NCBI GenBank assembly: GCA_964558235.1
Contig: CAZLCK010000005.1
Coordinates: 1-52,431 of the forward strand
Direction: 5' to 3'
DNA: 52,431 nucleotides
Source: an uncultured Coriobacteriaceae bacterium
Lineage (GTDB): Bacteria; Actinomycetota; Coriobacteriia; Coriobacteriales; CADBOM01
This document shows positions 9,777 to 20,063 of the stretch, piece by piece (the stretch's first letter is position 1; every line of letters begins with the position of its first letter). The position numbers were made by a program, and so were the translations under genes. The notes below the pieces were generated by a model that was not told where the DNA came from, did not search any database, and was given only the letters and a program-made list of their open reading frames with translations.

Positions 9777-9869
9777 TCTAGCCTGATCTTAGTCTTTTTA
9801 AGAGAGGCTATGAGAGGATGTAGGGTCGGAAATCCTGCATCAAAGCTATTTAGAAAGGACATATTTAAG

Positions 9870-10415
9870 GTGACAACACCGCGTCTAAAAGAGGACTATA
9901 AGAACAGAGTTGTTCCACTGTTAGAAAAAGAGCTCAATATCACTAACATTAACCATGTCCCCAAACTAGAGAAGATCGTTGTTAATATGGGCGTTGGCCA
10001 AGCAGTCTCTGACAGTAAGCTTTTGGATTCTGCTGTTAATGATTTGCGTATTATCACCGGGCAACAGCCTGTTATTACAAAGGCTCGCAAGTCTATCGCA
10101 AGCTTTAAGATTAGGGCTGGTATGCCTATAGGATGTAAGGTAACTTTGCGTGGTAATAGAATGTGGGAGTTTCTAGATAGACTTATTTCCACTGCAATTC
10201 CTCGCATCAGGGACTTTAGAGGTCTTTCTGCTACAAGTTTTGATGGTAGAGGCAATTACACTTTTGGTGTTACTGAACAGCTAATTTTCCCTGAGATTGA
10301 CTATGACAAGATCGATAGAGTCCGCGGCATGGACATTACTCTCGTCACGACTGCGGAAGATGATAAAGGAGCCAGAGCGCTTCTTGATGCTTTTGGTTTT
10401 CCCATCAAGGATTAA
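9870..10415 (+). CDS. rplE: 50S ribosomal protein L5
   Basis: I trimmed the ORF-track start from 9810 to the in-frame GTG at 9870, giving (V)[11 protein letters not shown], the normal L5 N-terminus. 181 aa. Confidence 0.92.
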   Translation: MTTPRLKEDYKNRVVPLLEKELNITNINHVPKLEKIVVNMGVGQAVSDSKLLDSAVNDLRIITGQQPVITKARKSIASFKIRAGMPIGCKVTLRGNRMWEFLDRLISTAIPRIRDFRGLSATSFDGRGNYTFGVTEQLIFPEIDYDKIDRVRGMDITLVTTAEDDKGARALLDAFGFPIKD

Positions 10416-10433
10416 CAAGGGAGGGAATTACTC

Positions 10434-10619
10434 GTGGCGAAGAAATCTATGATCGCTAAGGCTAAAAGAGAGCCTAAATTTTCTACTCGTCAGCACAATA
10501 GATGCTCACGTTGCGGACGCCCAAGAGGCTATTATCGCAAATTTGGACTTTGTCGTATATGCCTAAGAGAGCTTGCAAGTAGAGGCGAGCTTCCAGGTAT
10601 TCGCAAGGCTAGCTGGTAA
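10434..10619 (+). CDS. rpsN: 30S ribosomal protein S14, type Z (zinc form)
   Basis: 61 aa with a GTG start. Contains [20 protein letters not shown]. Confidence 0.95.
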   Translation: MAKKSMIAKAKREPKFSTRQHNRCSRCGRPRGYYRKFGLCRICLRELASRGELPGIRKASW

Positions 10620-10717
10620 GTTTAGCCTTATAGATTTTATCCGGCCGAACAGGCGCTCAGATTATCGATAGATAAAAACTAGGGCGAACCAACGGCAAGA
10701 TGAATTAGGAGGATTTA

Positions 10718-11116
10718 ATGAGTGTAACTGATCCAATCGCGGATATGTTAACGCGCATCCGTAACGCAAACTCCGCGTCAAAGGACTCGGTGAAGATGCC
10801 TTCAAGCAAGAAGCTTGTGGCAATAGCTCAAATTATGAAAGATGAGGGCTATATTGCTGGTTATGAGGTTATCGAGGCTCAACCGCAAAACGAGCTAGTG
10901 ATTACTTTGAAGTATGGCCCAAAGAAGACGAAGGTTATTCGCGGCATTCGCCGTATCTCTAAACCGGGTCTTCGTATCTATGCTGGAAAGAATGATCTTC
11001 CAAGAGTTTTGGGCGGTCTAGGAACAGCAATTATCTCAACCTCGCAAGGCGTTATGGCAGATCGTGACGCTCGTAAAAAGGGAATCGGCGGGGAAGTCCT
11101 CGCTTATATCTGGTAG
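10718..11116 (+). CDS. rpsH: 30S ribosomal protein S8
   Basis: 132 aa. Contains [13 protein letters not shown]. Confidence 0.97.
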   Translation: MSVTDPIADMLTRIRNANSASKDSVKMPSSKKLVAIAQIMKDEGYIAGYEVIEAQPQNELVITLKYGPKKTKVIRGIRRISKPGLRIYAGKNDLPRVLGGLGTAIISTSQGVMADRDARKKGIGGEVLAYIW

Positions 11117-11144
11117 ATGTTCGGGTATTGAAAGGAGTGTAAGC

Positions 11145-11690
11145 ATGTCTAGGATCGGTAGGATGCCAATCGCAATACCCGACGGAGTCGAAGTAAAAAT
11201 CGATGGCACCAATATGACTGTTAAAGGTCCAAAAGGCGAGCTAAGCAATACTTTCTCTGAGCTAATCAGCTTTGAGATAGAAGATGGACAGCTTCATGTT
11301 AAAAGAGCTAACGATGAGGCAGAAGCCCGTTCTTTGCATGGTTTAACAAGGACTTTAGTCTCTAATATGATTACTGGAGTTACTGAAGGGTATTCCAAGA
11401 AGCTTGAGCTTGTTGGTGTTGGATATCGTGCAACTCTAAAAGGCTCTGATCTTGAAATGTCACTTGGATATTCTCATCCTGTTGTTGTTAAAGCTGTTGA
11501 AGGTATCAAGTTTGAGTGTCCATCTCCTAATGAGATTATCGTTAGCGGAATTGACAAGCAAAAGGTTGGCCAAGTTACAGCTGACATTCGTAAATGGAGA
11601 GCACCTGAACCCTATAAGGGCAAGGGCATTCGTTATGAAGGTGAATACATCCGCCGCAAGCTTGGTAAGGCGGCAGGCGCAGCGTCATAG
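11145..11690 (+). CDS. rplF: 50S ribosomal protein L6
   Basis: I trimmed the ORF-track start from 11064 to the ATG at 11145, which follows AAAGGAG. The protein reads [12 protein letters not shown]. 181 aa. Confidence 0.94.
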   Translation: MSRIGRMPIAIPDGVEVKIDGTNMTVKGPKGELSNTFSELISFEIEDGQLHVKRANDEAEARSLHGLTRTLVSNMITGVTEGYSKKLELVGVGYRATLKGSDLEMSLGYSHPVVVKAVEGIKFECPSPNEIIVSGIDKQKVGQVTADIRKWRAPEPYKGKGIRYEGEYIRRKLGKAAGAAS

Positions 11691-11755
11691 CGTGACGTTT
11701 ATAGCGCTTAAACGTATGCGAACGTATGGTTTTGATTATTAGCTAGGAGTTATCG

Positions 11756-12124
11756 ATGGACAAGTCGAAGCAAAAGCTTTCAAATCTCAAGCGTCGCCAG
11801 CGCCGTGTAAGAGGAAAAATCTCTGGTACAACGGATCGCCCAAGGCTACGTGTTACGAGATCTAACGCTCATATTTATGCACAGGTTATTGACGACCGTG
11901 CAGGTAGAACAATCTGTTCTTGCAGCTCTTTAGATGCTGAGTTTAAGGCATCTGGCAAGAGTGGCTCCAATAAAGAGGGAGCTCAACTTGTAGGAGAGCT
12001 AGTAGGTAAGAGAGCAGCTGCTCTTGGAATTACCGAGATTGTTTTTGATCGCGGTGGAAGAATCTATCATGGTCGTATTCAGGCACTTGCTGATGGCGCT
12101 AGAAGCGCTGGATTAAAGTTTTAA
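11756..12124 (+). CDS. rplR: 50S ribosomal protein L18
   Basis: 122 aa. Contains [16 protein letters not shown] and FDRGG..YHGR. Confidence 0.96.
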   Translation: MDKSKQKLSNLKRRQRRVRGKISGTTDRPRLRVTRSNAHIYAQVIDDRAGRTICSCSSLDAEFKASGKSGSNKEGAQLVGELVGKRAAALGITEIVFDRGGRIYHGRIQALADGARSAGLKF

Positions 12125-12136
12125 GGGAGGAGAGGC

Positions 12137-12652
12137 ATGCCACGTAAACAAACACAGGCTCCCGAGCTTCAAGAGCGCGTCGTTTATATTAATCGCGTCT
12201 CTAAGGTTGTAAAGGGTGGTCGTAGGTTCTCTCTTACCGCTCTAGTTGTTGTCGGCGATGGTAAGGGAAATGTTGGTGTCGGAATGGGTAAGTCCCAGGA
12301 GGTACCCATTGCAATTCGCAAGGGTGTCGAAGATGCCAAGAAGAATATGTTTAAGGTGCCAATTACTGCTGAGGGATCAATTCCTCATGAGGTATTTGGA
12401 CAATATGCTGCTGGTAAGGTAATGCTAAAGCCAGCTAGACCTGGTACAGGAGTTATTGCCGGCGGACCAGTTCGTGCTCTTTTGGAGCTTGCTGGCGTTG
12501 AGAACGTTTTGTCTAAGTCGCTTGGTACCAATAACGCTATGAATATCGTTAAGGCTGCAGCTGAAGGTCTAAAGCAGCTCTCCAGCCCGCAGGAAACTGC
12601 CGATAGACGTGGCGTGAGCGTCGGGCAGATCTTTGGCTGGAAGGAAGACTAA
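12137..12652 (+). CDS. rpsE: 30S ribosomal protein S5
   Basis: 171 aa. Contains [14 protein letters not shown] and VVVGDG.G.VG.G. Confidence 0.97.
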   Translation: MPRKQTQAPELQERVVYINRVSKVVKGGRRFSLTALVVVGDGKGNVGVGMGKSQEVPIAIRKGVEDAKKNMFKVPITAEGSIPHEVFGQYAAGKVMLKPARPGTGVIAGGPVRALLELAGVENVLSKSLGTNNAMNIVKAAAEGLKQLSSPQETADRRGVSVGQIFGWKED

Positions 12653-12654
12653 AG

Positions 12655-12846
12655 ATGGCTGAGCAAAAGAAGACCCTTCGTGTCACGCAAATAAAGTCCA
12701 CAATTGGATATGCCGATAATCAGCGTCGCATTATTCGCTCATTAGGTCTTGGCAAGATTGGACGTTCACGTGACCATGTTGATTGTCCATCTGTACGTGG
12801 GATGATCTTTAAGGTCAAACATCTAGTAAAGGTTGAGGAGATTTAA
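12655..12846 (+). CDS. rpmD: 50S ribosomal protein L30
   Basis: 63 aa. Contains L.VTQIKS.IG and sits at the expected operon position. Confidence 0.93.
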   Translation: MAEQKKTLRVTQIKSTIGYADNQRRIIRSLGLGKIGRSRDHVDCPSVRGMIFKVKHLVKVEEI

Positions 12847-13296
12847 ATGCAGCTTTCTGATCTAAAGCCGGCTCCCGGCTCAACAAGATCCCGCAAGCGC
12901 GTTGGCCGTGGTGCTGCTTCTGGACATGGCAAGACCGCTGGTAGGGGAATGAATGGTCAAAAGTCTCGTTCTGGCGGTGGGAAGAGAGTTGGATTTGAGG
13001 GAGGTCAAACGCCTCTAGCTCGTAGACTCCCAAAGCTTCCTGGGTTTAGAAATATCAACAGAGTTGAGTATATCGCAGTAAATGTCGATCGTCTTAACGA
13101 TAAGTTTGAGGCTGGGGACGTTGTTGACGGACAGTCTTTAGCTGAAAAAGGTATTATTAAACATGCCGACGATCTAGTTAAGATTCTTGGAAACGGAAAC
13201 ATTGATAAGAATTTGGTAGTTAGAGTCGACAAGATTTCAGCGAGTGCGGTTTCAAAGATTGAAGCTGCTGGAGGAAAGGTTGAGCCAGCTTGCTAA
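12847..13296 (+). CDS. rplO: 50S ribosomal protein L15
   Basis: 149 aa. Contains L.DLKPA.GS and GRG..SG.GKT.GRG.KGQ. Confidence 0.96.
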   Translation: MQLSDLKPAPGSTRSRKRVGRGAASGHGKTAGRGMNGQKSRSGGGKRVGFEGGQTPLARRLPKLPGFRNINRVEYIAVNVDRLNDKFEAGDVVDGQSLAEKGIIKHADDLVKILGNGNIDKNLVVRVDKISASAVSKIEAAGGKVEPAC

Positions 13297-14561
13297 AAGC
13301 ACTTATCAATGCGTTTAGGGTAGTTGACCTGCGCAAGAAGATTTTATTTACGATCTTCATTTTGATTCTATACAGGATCGGATGCTATATTCCTGTGCCT
13401 GGCGTCCCATTTTATGAGTTGGCAGATTATTTTGCCGATACTACTGGTGGACTCGCTATGCTCAATATGTTTGCCGGTGGCGCTCTGTCCTACTTCTCGG
13501 TGTTCTGCTTGGGCATAATGCCATACATTACTGCTTCGATTATCATGCAGTTGATGCAGGGCGTTATCCCATCGGTCTCTGCATGGGCAAGGCAGGGTGA
13601 ACTTGGAAGAAAAAAGATCACAAACGTTACACGTTGGATAACGCTTGTGATCTCTTTGTTAAATGCAATCGGATATCTCTTCCTGTTTAGAAGTGAAATT
13701 ACATTTAATACATCAGGACTTCCAGGGATATGGCTAACGAATATCGTTATAGTTGCAACTCTGGTTATTGGAGCTGCACTGATTATGTGGTTCGGAGAGC
13801 TTATCACTCAGCGTGGCGTTGGTAACGGTATGTCTCTTATCATCTTTGCCAATATCCTCTCGGGATTCCCACAAGCTGTTTTGTCCTCTTTACAAAGTGG
13901 AGATAACGGAATTTTAATCACTGCAATCATCATCGTGATTGTTCTGGCGGTAATTCCAGCAATTGTTTGGATTGAACGCGCTCAAAGAAGAATTCCTGTT
14001 AACTATGCAAAGCGTGTTACTGGACGTAGAGTGATGGGCGGCACATCTACATATATTCCTCTAAAGGTTAATGCTGCCGGTGTTATCCCAATCATCTTTG
14101 CTTCAGCTCTTATTTACTTGCCAGCACAGCTCTCAGCGATCTTTTCTGATGTCGATTGGCTAGGCGCTGTTGCTGATGCTGTAACAACTGGTTGGATTAA
14201 CTGGCCTGTTATGTTCTTGTTGATAGTCTTCTTTACATATTTTTATTCTTCGACTGTCTTTAATCCTGAACAAACAGCAGATCAGCTTAGACAAAATGGT
14301 GGCTTTATACCAGGAGTAAGACCTGGGACTGCCACAGTGCAATACATCAGAAATGTATTGCGTAGGATTACGCTGCCTGGCTCTATCTATTTGGGATTGG
14401 TCGCTATTGTTCCAACTATTATCTTCTATTTTACTGACAATGCTTTAGTTAGTGCTTTGGGCGGAACATCGATTTTGATTCTCGTAAGCGTTGGTCTTGA
14501 TACTATGAATAAGATTGAGAGCCAACTTAAGATGCATAATTACGAGGGTTTCTTTAAGTAA
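13290..14561 (+). CDS. secY: Preprotein translocase subunit SecY
   Basis: 423 aa with about 10 TM segments. The TTG start overlaps the end of rplO. Contains [11 protein letters not shown]. Confidence 0.95.
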   Translation: MLKALINAFRVVDLRKKILFTIFILILYRIGCYIPVPGVPFYELADYFADTTGGLAMLNMFAGGALSYFSVFCLGIMPYITASIIMQLMQGVIPSVSAWARQGELGRKKITNVTRWITLVISLLNAIGYLFLFRSEITFNTSGLPGIWLTNIVIVATLVIGAALIMWFGELITQRGVGNGMSLIIFANILSGFPQAVLSSLQSGDNGILITAIIIVIVLAVIPAIVWIERAQRRIPVNYAKRVTGRRVMGGTSTYIPLKVNAAGVIPIIFASALIYLPAQLSAIFSDVDWLGAVADAVTTGWINWPVMFLLIVFFTYFYSSTVFNPEQTADQLRQNGGFIPGVRPGTATVQYIRNVLRRITLPGSIYLGLVAIVPTIIFYFTDNALVSALGGTSILILVSVGLDTMNKIESQLKMHNYEGFFK

Positions 14562-14629
14562 CAAATAATCTAGTTATCCTGTTAAAACATTTTGCAGGTT
14601 TAACTTTTTTGAAAGGAAGCGTAACTAGG

Positions 14630-15256
14630 ATGAATCTTGTTTTGCTTGGTGCGCCTGGTGCAGGAAAAGGGACTCAAGCCGCTAAATTAGTTGCTGAATT
14701 TGGGTATGCTCATATCTCTACAGGAGACATTTTGAGAGCAGCTGTCAAAAATGGCACCAAATTAGGCTTAGAGGCTAAAAAGTACATGGATGCTGGTGAT
14801 CTTGTGCCAGATAGTGTTGTAATTGGACTTGTAGCTGAGCGTTTGCAAGAACCAGATACACAGGAAGGCTTCATTCTAGACGGTTTTCCAAGAACTATCC
14901 CACAAGCTGTCGCTCTATCCGATGAGCTAAGAAAGCTTGATCGTGAGCTTGATAAGGCCTTGGCTGTAGAGGTTGATCCTGAGGTAATTACTAAGAGGCT
15001 TTCTTCTCGTAGATGTTGCAAAGACTGCGGTCATATTGGATCTGTTGCAGACGAGAAGTGTCCAAAGTGCGATGGTGAGATGTATCAAAGAGATGATGAT
15101 CAAGAGGATGCAATTCGTAATCGTTTGGATGTGTATGCAACGTCAACTGCGCCTTTGATCGACTATTACCGTGGAGTTAATGTCCTTGTCGAAATCGATG
15201 GCGATAAGGATCCAGATGAGGTTTATTCTGATGTTAAGAAGGCCTTAGGTCTATAA
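14630..15256 (+). CDS. adk: Adenylate kinase with a Zn-lid type CxxC...CxxC
   Basis: I trimmed the ORF-track start from 14609 (TTG) to the ATG at 14630. The protein reads MNLVLLGAPGAGKGTQ. The lid has CKDC and CPKC. Confidence 0.94.
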   Translation: MNLVLLGAPGAGKGTQAAKLVAEFGYAHISTGDILRAAVKNGTKLGLEAKKYMDAGDLVPDSVVIGLVAERLQEPDTQEGFILDGFPRTIPQAVALSDELRKLDRELDKALAVEVDPEVITKRLSSRRCCKDCGHIGSVADEKCPKCDGEMYQRDDDQEDAIRNRLDVYATSTAPLIDYYRGVNVLVEIDGDKDPDEVYSDVKKALGL

Positions 15257-15286
15257 ACCTCTAACTTTAAAGTGCTCTTTTAATTT

Positions 15287-15352
15287 AGCTCGGGATTTGA
15301 GTTTGCCTTCTTTTTTAAGAAGGATTAAATCCTGAGCTTTTGATTATTTTTT
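15287..15352 (+). terminator. Rho-independent terminator after adk
   Basis: A 12-bp outer stem pairs 15287-15298 with 15327-15338. An inner hairpin pairs 15306-15310 with 15319-15323. A T-rich run (TTTTGATTATTTTTT) follows. Confidence 0.75.
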
Positions 15353-15380
15353 GTCTAAAGGGGTGTGATAAAGCTAAAAG

Positions 15381-16133
15381 ATGGATATTAAGATCAAAAC
15401 CCCTCAAGAGATTGAGGCTATGAAGGAGGCTGGGCGTATCAGCGCTAAGGCTCTTCGTAAAGTTGGGGAGATTATTGAGCCTGGCATCTCTACCTTAGAA
15501 CTAGATCACCATGCAGAGGCAGTTATTAGACTTGAGGGCGCTATTCCAGCGTTCAAAGGGTATTGTGGATTTCCAGGATCGATCTGCTCCTCAGTAAATG
15601 ACATGATCGTTCATGGTATTCCAAGAAAAGATTATATTATCCAAGAGGGTGATATTGTCTCTGTAGATACCGGTGCAATTATCGATGGTTGGGTTGGAGA
15701 TAATGCTTGGACATTTGCTTGTGGTGAGATATCAGATGATCTTAAGCGTCTTTTAGAAGTCACTGAGGAGTCTATGTGGGCTGGAATTGATCGAGCTCGC
15801 TCGGGGCTTCATTTAGGTGATATCGGACATGCTGTTCAAAGCGTTGTTGAACGTGCTGGATTTAAAGTTGTAAAAGAGTATGTCGGCCATGGTATAGGCC
15901 ATGATATGCATGAAGATCCGAATGTTCCAAATTTTGGAAAAGTTGGACATGGTGTAAAGCTAGTCGAAGGTATGGTATTAGCTATTGAACCTATGGTTAA
16001 TATGAAGTCTCATAAGACTCGTACAATCTCTGATGGTTGGGGAGTTAAAACAGCTGATGGCCTGCCCTCGGCTCACTTTGAAAAGACCGTAGCAATTACA
16101 GCGGATGGTCCTGTGATTTTGACCAAGGAGTAA
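15381..16133 (+). CDS. map: Methionine aminopeptidase type I
   Basis: 250 aa. The metal ligands appear in the DTGA..DGW.GD, HGIGH and LAIEP contexts. Confidence 0.95.
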   Translation: MDIKIKTPQEIEAMKEAGRISAKALRKVGEIIEPGISTLELDHHAEAVIRLEGAIPAFKGYCGFPGSICSSVNDMIVHGIPRKDYIIQEGDIVSVDTGAIIDGWVGDNAWTFACGEISDDLKRLLEVTEESMWAGIDRARSGLHLGDIGHAVQSVVERAGFKVVKEYVGHGIGHDMHEDPNVPNFGKVGHGVKLVEGMVLAIEPMVNMKSHKTRTISDGWGVKTADGLPSAHFEKTVAITADGPVILTKE

Positions 16134-16136
16134 AAA

Positions 16137-17402
16137 ATGACACGCAAAATGACAATTTCAGAGAAGATTTTATGCGCTCATAGTGGGCGTGATGAACTAG
16201 CTCCTGGTCAACTAGTCGAGTGCGATGTTGATATTGTTTTAGCTAATGACATCACAGCTCCTATCGCTATCAAGGAATTTAATAAGCTTAATTGGGGTAA
16301 GGTGTTCGATAAGGATCGTATCTGTTTAGTTGGGGATCATTATTGTCCAAATAAGGATATCAACAGTGCTATCCAAGCAAAATCGATGCGTGAATTTGCT
16401 CGCGAATATTCTATCTCTAATTATTTTGATGTTGGACGTGCTGGTGTTGAACATGCGCTATTACCTGAGCAGGGGATTGTTGGTGCAGGTGATCTAGTAA
16501 TTGGAGCTGACTCTCATACATGTACATATGGTGCATTGGGAGCATTTTCCACAGGCATGGGCTCAACTGATGTCGGAATGGCATTTGCTACAGGCAAAGC
16601 TTGGTTTAAAGTTCCACAGACTATAAAAGTTATGCTAAATGGTCATTTGCAAGAAAATGTCTATGCAAAAGATGTCATGCTTCATTTGATCGGACTTATA
16701 GGTGTTGATGGTGCACTCTATCATGCTCTAGAGTTTTACGGCGAAACCGCTAATGATCTTGAGATTGAAAGTAGAATGACAATCTCCAATATGGCTATCG
16801 AATGTGGCGCTAAGGCCGGTATTTTTCCAGCCGATGATAAGACAGTTGCCTATCTCAATGGGCGTTTTAAAAGAGAGCCTAGGATTTTTAAGGCTGATGA
16901 GGGTGCGCAATATAGTCGTGTCGTTGAGATCGATTGTTCAAAACTTAGACCAACGGTTGCCCTACCTCATCTTCCATCCAATACACGCACTGTCGATGAG
17001 GTTAGAGATATGAAGATCGATCAGGCAGTAATTGGATCTTGTACCAACGGTTATATTGATGATATGCGTATTGCTGCTCAGATTTTAAAGGGCAAGAAGG
17101 TTCATTCTGACGTAAGGTGTATTGTCATTCCTGCAACTCAGGAGATCTATTCTCAGTGCATCAAAGAGGGATTGATAGATATCTTCTTAGATTCACAATG
17201 TGCAGTTTCGACTCCTACGTGTGGGCCTTGCCTTGGGGGTTATATGGGTGTTTTGGCGCCAGGAGAGCGTGCTGTTGCAACGACAAACAGAAACTTTATT
17301 GGTCGTATGGGAGATGTAACTTCAGAGGTTATTCTCTCTTCGCCAGCAGTAGCTGCGGCTTCGGCTGTTATGGGCAGAATAGCTTCGCCCGATGAACTTT
17401 AA
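16137..17402 (+). CDS. leuC: 3-isopropylmalate / citramalate-pathway dehydratase large subunit (short form of about 420 aa)
   Basis: 421 aa. Aconitase-family motifs GADSHT, GSCTNG and CGPCLG are present. The gene starts 3 nt after the map stop. Confidence 0.92.
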   Translation: MTRKMTISEKILCAHSGRDELAPGQLVECDVDIVLANDITAPIAIKEFNKLNWGKVFDKDRICLVGDHYCPNKDINSAIQAKSMREFAREYSISNYFDVGRAGVEHALLPEQGIVGAGDLVIGADSHTCTYGALGAFSTGMGSTDVGMAFATGKAWFKVPQTIKVMLNGHLQENVYAKDVMLHLIGLIGVDGALYHALEFYGETANDLEIESRMTISNMAIECGAKAGIFPADDKTVAYLNGRFKREPRIFKADEGAQYSRVVEIDCSKLRPTVALPHLPSNTRTVDEVRDMKIDQAVIGSCTNGYIDDMRIAAQILKGKKVHSDVRCIVIPATQEIYSQCIKEGLIDIFLDSQCAVSTPTCGPCLGGYMGVLAPGERAVATTNRNFIGRMGDVTSEVILSSPAVAAASAVMGRIASPDEL

Positions 17403-17426
17403 TCAAGGTAATTCAAGGAGGGCAAG

Positions 17427-17927
17427 ATGGCTATTTCAGGAAGAGCACATGTATTTGGTAGAGATATCGACACCGATGTTATTATCGCTGCTCGTTATCT
17501 AAACGTTAGTGATCCCGAGCTTTTGGCACAGCATTGCATGCAGGATATAGATCCTGACTTTGTCAATAGGGTTAAACCTGGCGACATAATGGTTGCACAA
17601 GAGAACTTTGGTTGTGGATCTTCTCGCGAGCATGCACCAATCGCTATTAAGGCAAGTGGAATCGATGCAGTTATTGCGAAGAGTTTTGCAAGGATTTTCT
17701 ATCGCAACTCCATCAATATCGGTCTTCCAATTTTGGAATGTCCAGAGGCAGTCGACTCAATCGATGATGGCGATACTATTGAGGTCGATACCGACTCTGG
17801 AATAATCAAAAATCTCACCAAAGGCAAGGAATTTAAAGCAGAGCCATTCCCAGAGTTTATTAATGAGATCATTGAAGCTGGGGGACTAGTTGAGCGAACG
17901 CGTAAGATTTTGGAGGCATCCAAGTGA
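17427..17927 (+). CDS. leuD: 3-isopropylmalate dehydratase small subunit
   Basis: 166 aa. Contains [14 protein letters not shown]. Confidence 0.93.
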   Translation: MAISGRAHVFGRDIDTDVIIAARYLNVSDPELLAQHCMQDIDPDFVNRVKPGDIMVAQENFGCGSSREHAPIAIKASGIDAVIAKSFARIFYRNSINIGLPILECPEAVDSIDDGDTIEVDTDSGIIKNLTKGKEFKAEPFPEFINEIIEAGGLVERTRKILEASK

Positions 17928-19021
17928 ACACATATAAGATTTGTGTTTTGCCAGGAGATGGTATTGGTCCAGAGGTGATGGATCAGGCGATTAAAGTTTT
18001 AAATGCTGCTGGGGAAAAGTTCTCATTTAATCTGGAATATCATACCGAGCTTATTGGTGGTATTGCAATCGATAATACTGGAAGCGCCTATCCAGATGAA
18101 ACTTTTAATACCGCTAATAGCTGCGATGCAGTTTTACTAGCTTCTGTGGGAGGACCAAAGTGGGATAAGGGTGAGGTTAGACCAGAACAAGGTCTGCTAG
18201 CTCTAAGAAAGTCGATGGGAGCTTATTGCAACCTTCGCCCCGTCAAGGTTTACCAAGCTCTGATCGATTCTTCGACACTAAAACCTGAGGTTGTCGGAGG
18301 AGTAGATTTGGTTATTGTGAGAGAGCTTACTGGTGGAATATATTTTGGAGAGCATCTAACTGAAGAAAATGTTAAAGGTGCTGGTTCCAATAATACTTAT
18401 GGCAGACGCGCTCACGATACGATGGAATATAGTGAGTATGAGATCGAACGCATTGCTCGCAAGGCCTTTGAAATTGCTCGTAAAAGGGGTAAAAAGCTAA
18501 CTAGTGTTGATAAAGCCAATGTTCTCGATACATCTAAATTGTGGAGAAAGATTGTTCATGAGCTGGGGGATAGCGACTACACCGATGTTGAGTTAAGTGA
18601 TATGTTGGTAGACAATGCTGCAATGCAGCTCATTAGAAATCCAAAGTCTTTTGACGTGATTGTTACGGAGAACTCTTTTGGAGATATTTTGTCCGATGAA
18701 GCATCGATGCTAACTGGCTCACTTGGCATGTTAGCCAGTGCTTCTTTGGGTGATGCAACTCCAATCTTTGAGCCGTGTCATGGATCTGCTCCAGATATTG
18801 CTGGTAAAGGAATTGCAAATCCACTTGCGCAAATATTGTCTGGAGCAATGATGCTAAGGTATGCTCTTGACTTAGGCGATGTTGCTGATGCGATTGAGAA
18901 GGCAGTTGATAAGGTTTTGGAAGATGGTTGGGTTACAAGCGATCTTGCTTTAGAGACTACTGAAAAATTTAAAATATTGAACACAGAAGAAATGGGTCAA
19001 AAAGTTATCGAGGCTCTATAG
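17924..19021 (+). CDS. leuB: 3-isopropylmalate dehydrogenase
   Basis: 365 aa. The GTG start overlaps the leuD stop (GTGA). Contains [11 protein letters not shown] and [21 protein letters not shown]-like motifs. Confidence 0.94.
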   Translation: MNTYKICVLPGDGIGPEVMDQAIKVLNAAGEKFSFNLEYHTELIGGIAIDNTGSAYPDETFNTANSCDAVLLASVGGPKWDKGEVRPEQGLLALRKSMGAYCNLRPVKVYQALIDSSTLKPEVVGGVDLVIVRELTGGIYFGEHLTEENVKGAGSNNTYGRRAHDTMEYSEYEIERIARKAFEIARKRGKKLTSVDKANVLDTSKLWRKIVHELGDSDYTDVELSDMLVDNAAMQLIRNPKSFDVIVTENSFGDILSDEASMLTGSLGMLASASLGDATPIFEPCHGSAPDIAGKGIANPLAQILSGAMMLRYALDLGDVADAIEKAVDKVLEDGWVTSDLALETTEKFKILNTEEMGQKVIEAL

Positions 19022-19052
19022 AAAGCTGTTAATTCTAGGAAGGGAAAACACA

Positions 19053-19970
19053 ATGGCATCAATAGTTGAAGGAAAATATATCTGGAAAAATGGTGAGCTT
19101 ATTGACTGGGCAAGTGCAACTACTCATGTTTTGAGCCATGCTCTTCACTATGGAACAGCTGTCTTTGAAGGCGCAAGATGTTACGAAACTGACAAAGGTC
19201 CAGCTGTTTTTAGACTTAAAGAGCATATGGATCGCCTTTGTAGATCGGCTAATATGATCATGATGCCACTTCCTTATACATCTGAGGAGTTATGCGAGGC
19301 CGTAAAAGAGACGATCAAAGCAAATAATTTAAAGTCCTGCTATATCCGTCCATTAGCTTATAGAGGATATGGTTCGATGGGTGTCGATCCAAGGCAGTGT
19401 CCAATTGAGGTCATTATCGCAACATGGCCATGGGATGCCTATCTTGGACAAGAGGCGCTCGATAATGGCATTGCTGTTGGGATCTCTTCATGGCGTCAAC
19501 GCTCTGCAAACTCTACTCCTGGTGCAATCAAGTCATCTGCAAGCTATTTGAATTCTGGTCTTGCTCATATGGAGGTAGATCTCAATGGCTATGGTGAGGC
19601 AATTCTTTTAAACGAACAGGGATTGGTTGCTGAAGGATCTGGCGAGAACATCTTTATCGTTCGTGATGGAGAGCTTATCACTCCACCCCTGTCAGATGGT
19701 GTTTTGTCAGGAATTACTCGTGATTCTGTTATCAAGATTGCTCGACATGAAGGATATACAGTCCGTGAGATGTCGCTTGTGAGAACCGATCTCTACACAG
19801 CAGATGAGGTCTTTATGACTGGTTCTGCTGCAGAACTCACCCCGGTCAACTCGATTGACAGACGTGAAGTTCCATGTCCTGGGAAGATCACAAAAGAGAT
19901 CCAAAGCAAGTTTTTTGATGTTGTCAATGGACGCTCAGAGGCCTTTAGAGAATGGAATTATTATCTATAA
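19053..19970 (+). CDS. ilvE: Branched-chain amino acid aminotransferase (fold type IV PLP enzyme)
   Basis: 305 aa. Contains HALHYGT.VFEG.R and SGITRDSV. Confidence 0.9.
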   Translation: MASIVEGKYIWKNGELIDWASATTHVLSHALHYGTAVFEGARCYETDKGPAVFRLKEHMDRLCRSANMIMMPLPYTSEELCEAVKETIKANNLKSCYIRPLAYRGYGSMGVDPRQCPIEVIIATWPWDAYLGQEALDNGIAVGISSWRQRSANSTPGAIKSSASYLNSGLAHMEVDLNGYGEAILLNEQGLVAEGSGENIFIVRDGELITPPLSDGVLSGITRDSVIKIARHEGYTVREMSLVRTDLYTADEVFMTGSAAELTPVNSIDRREVPCPGKITKEIQSKFFDVVNGRSEAFREWNYYL

Positions 19971-19989
19971 GGGTTTTAAAGGATTTACG

Positions 19990-20019
19990 AGCCGTCTAAA
20001 TAAATTAGGCGGCTTTTTG
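19990..20019 (+). terminator. Rho-independent terminator after ilvE
   Basis: A 7-bp stem pairs AGCCGTC (19990-19996) with GGCGGCT (20008-20014), followed by TTTTTGT. Confidence 0.6.
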
Positions 20020-20063
20020 TATAGTAAAGCAGTTTTTATAAAAGCAGTTAAGGTAGATAGTAG

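Noticed and set aside
10620-10717. The 98-nt rpsN-rpsH spacer as a regulatory RNA.
   Set aside because: I could draw only short, mismatched helices. The evidence is not enough to report it as a feature.
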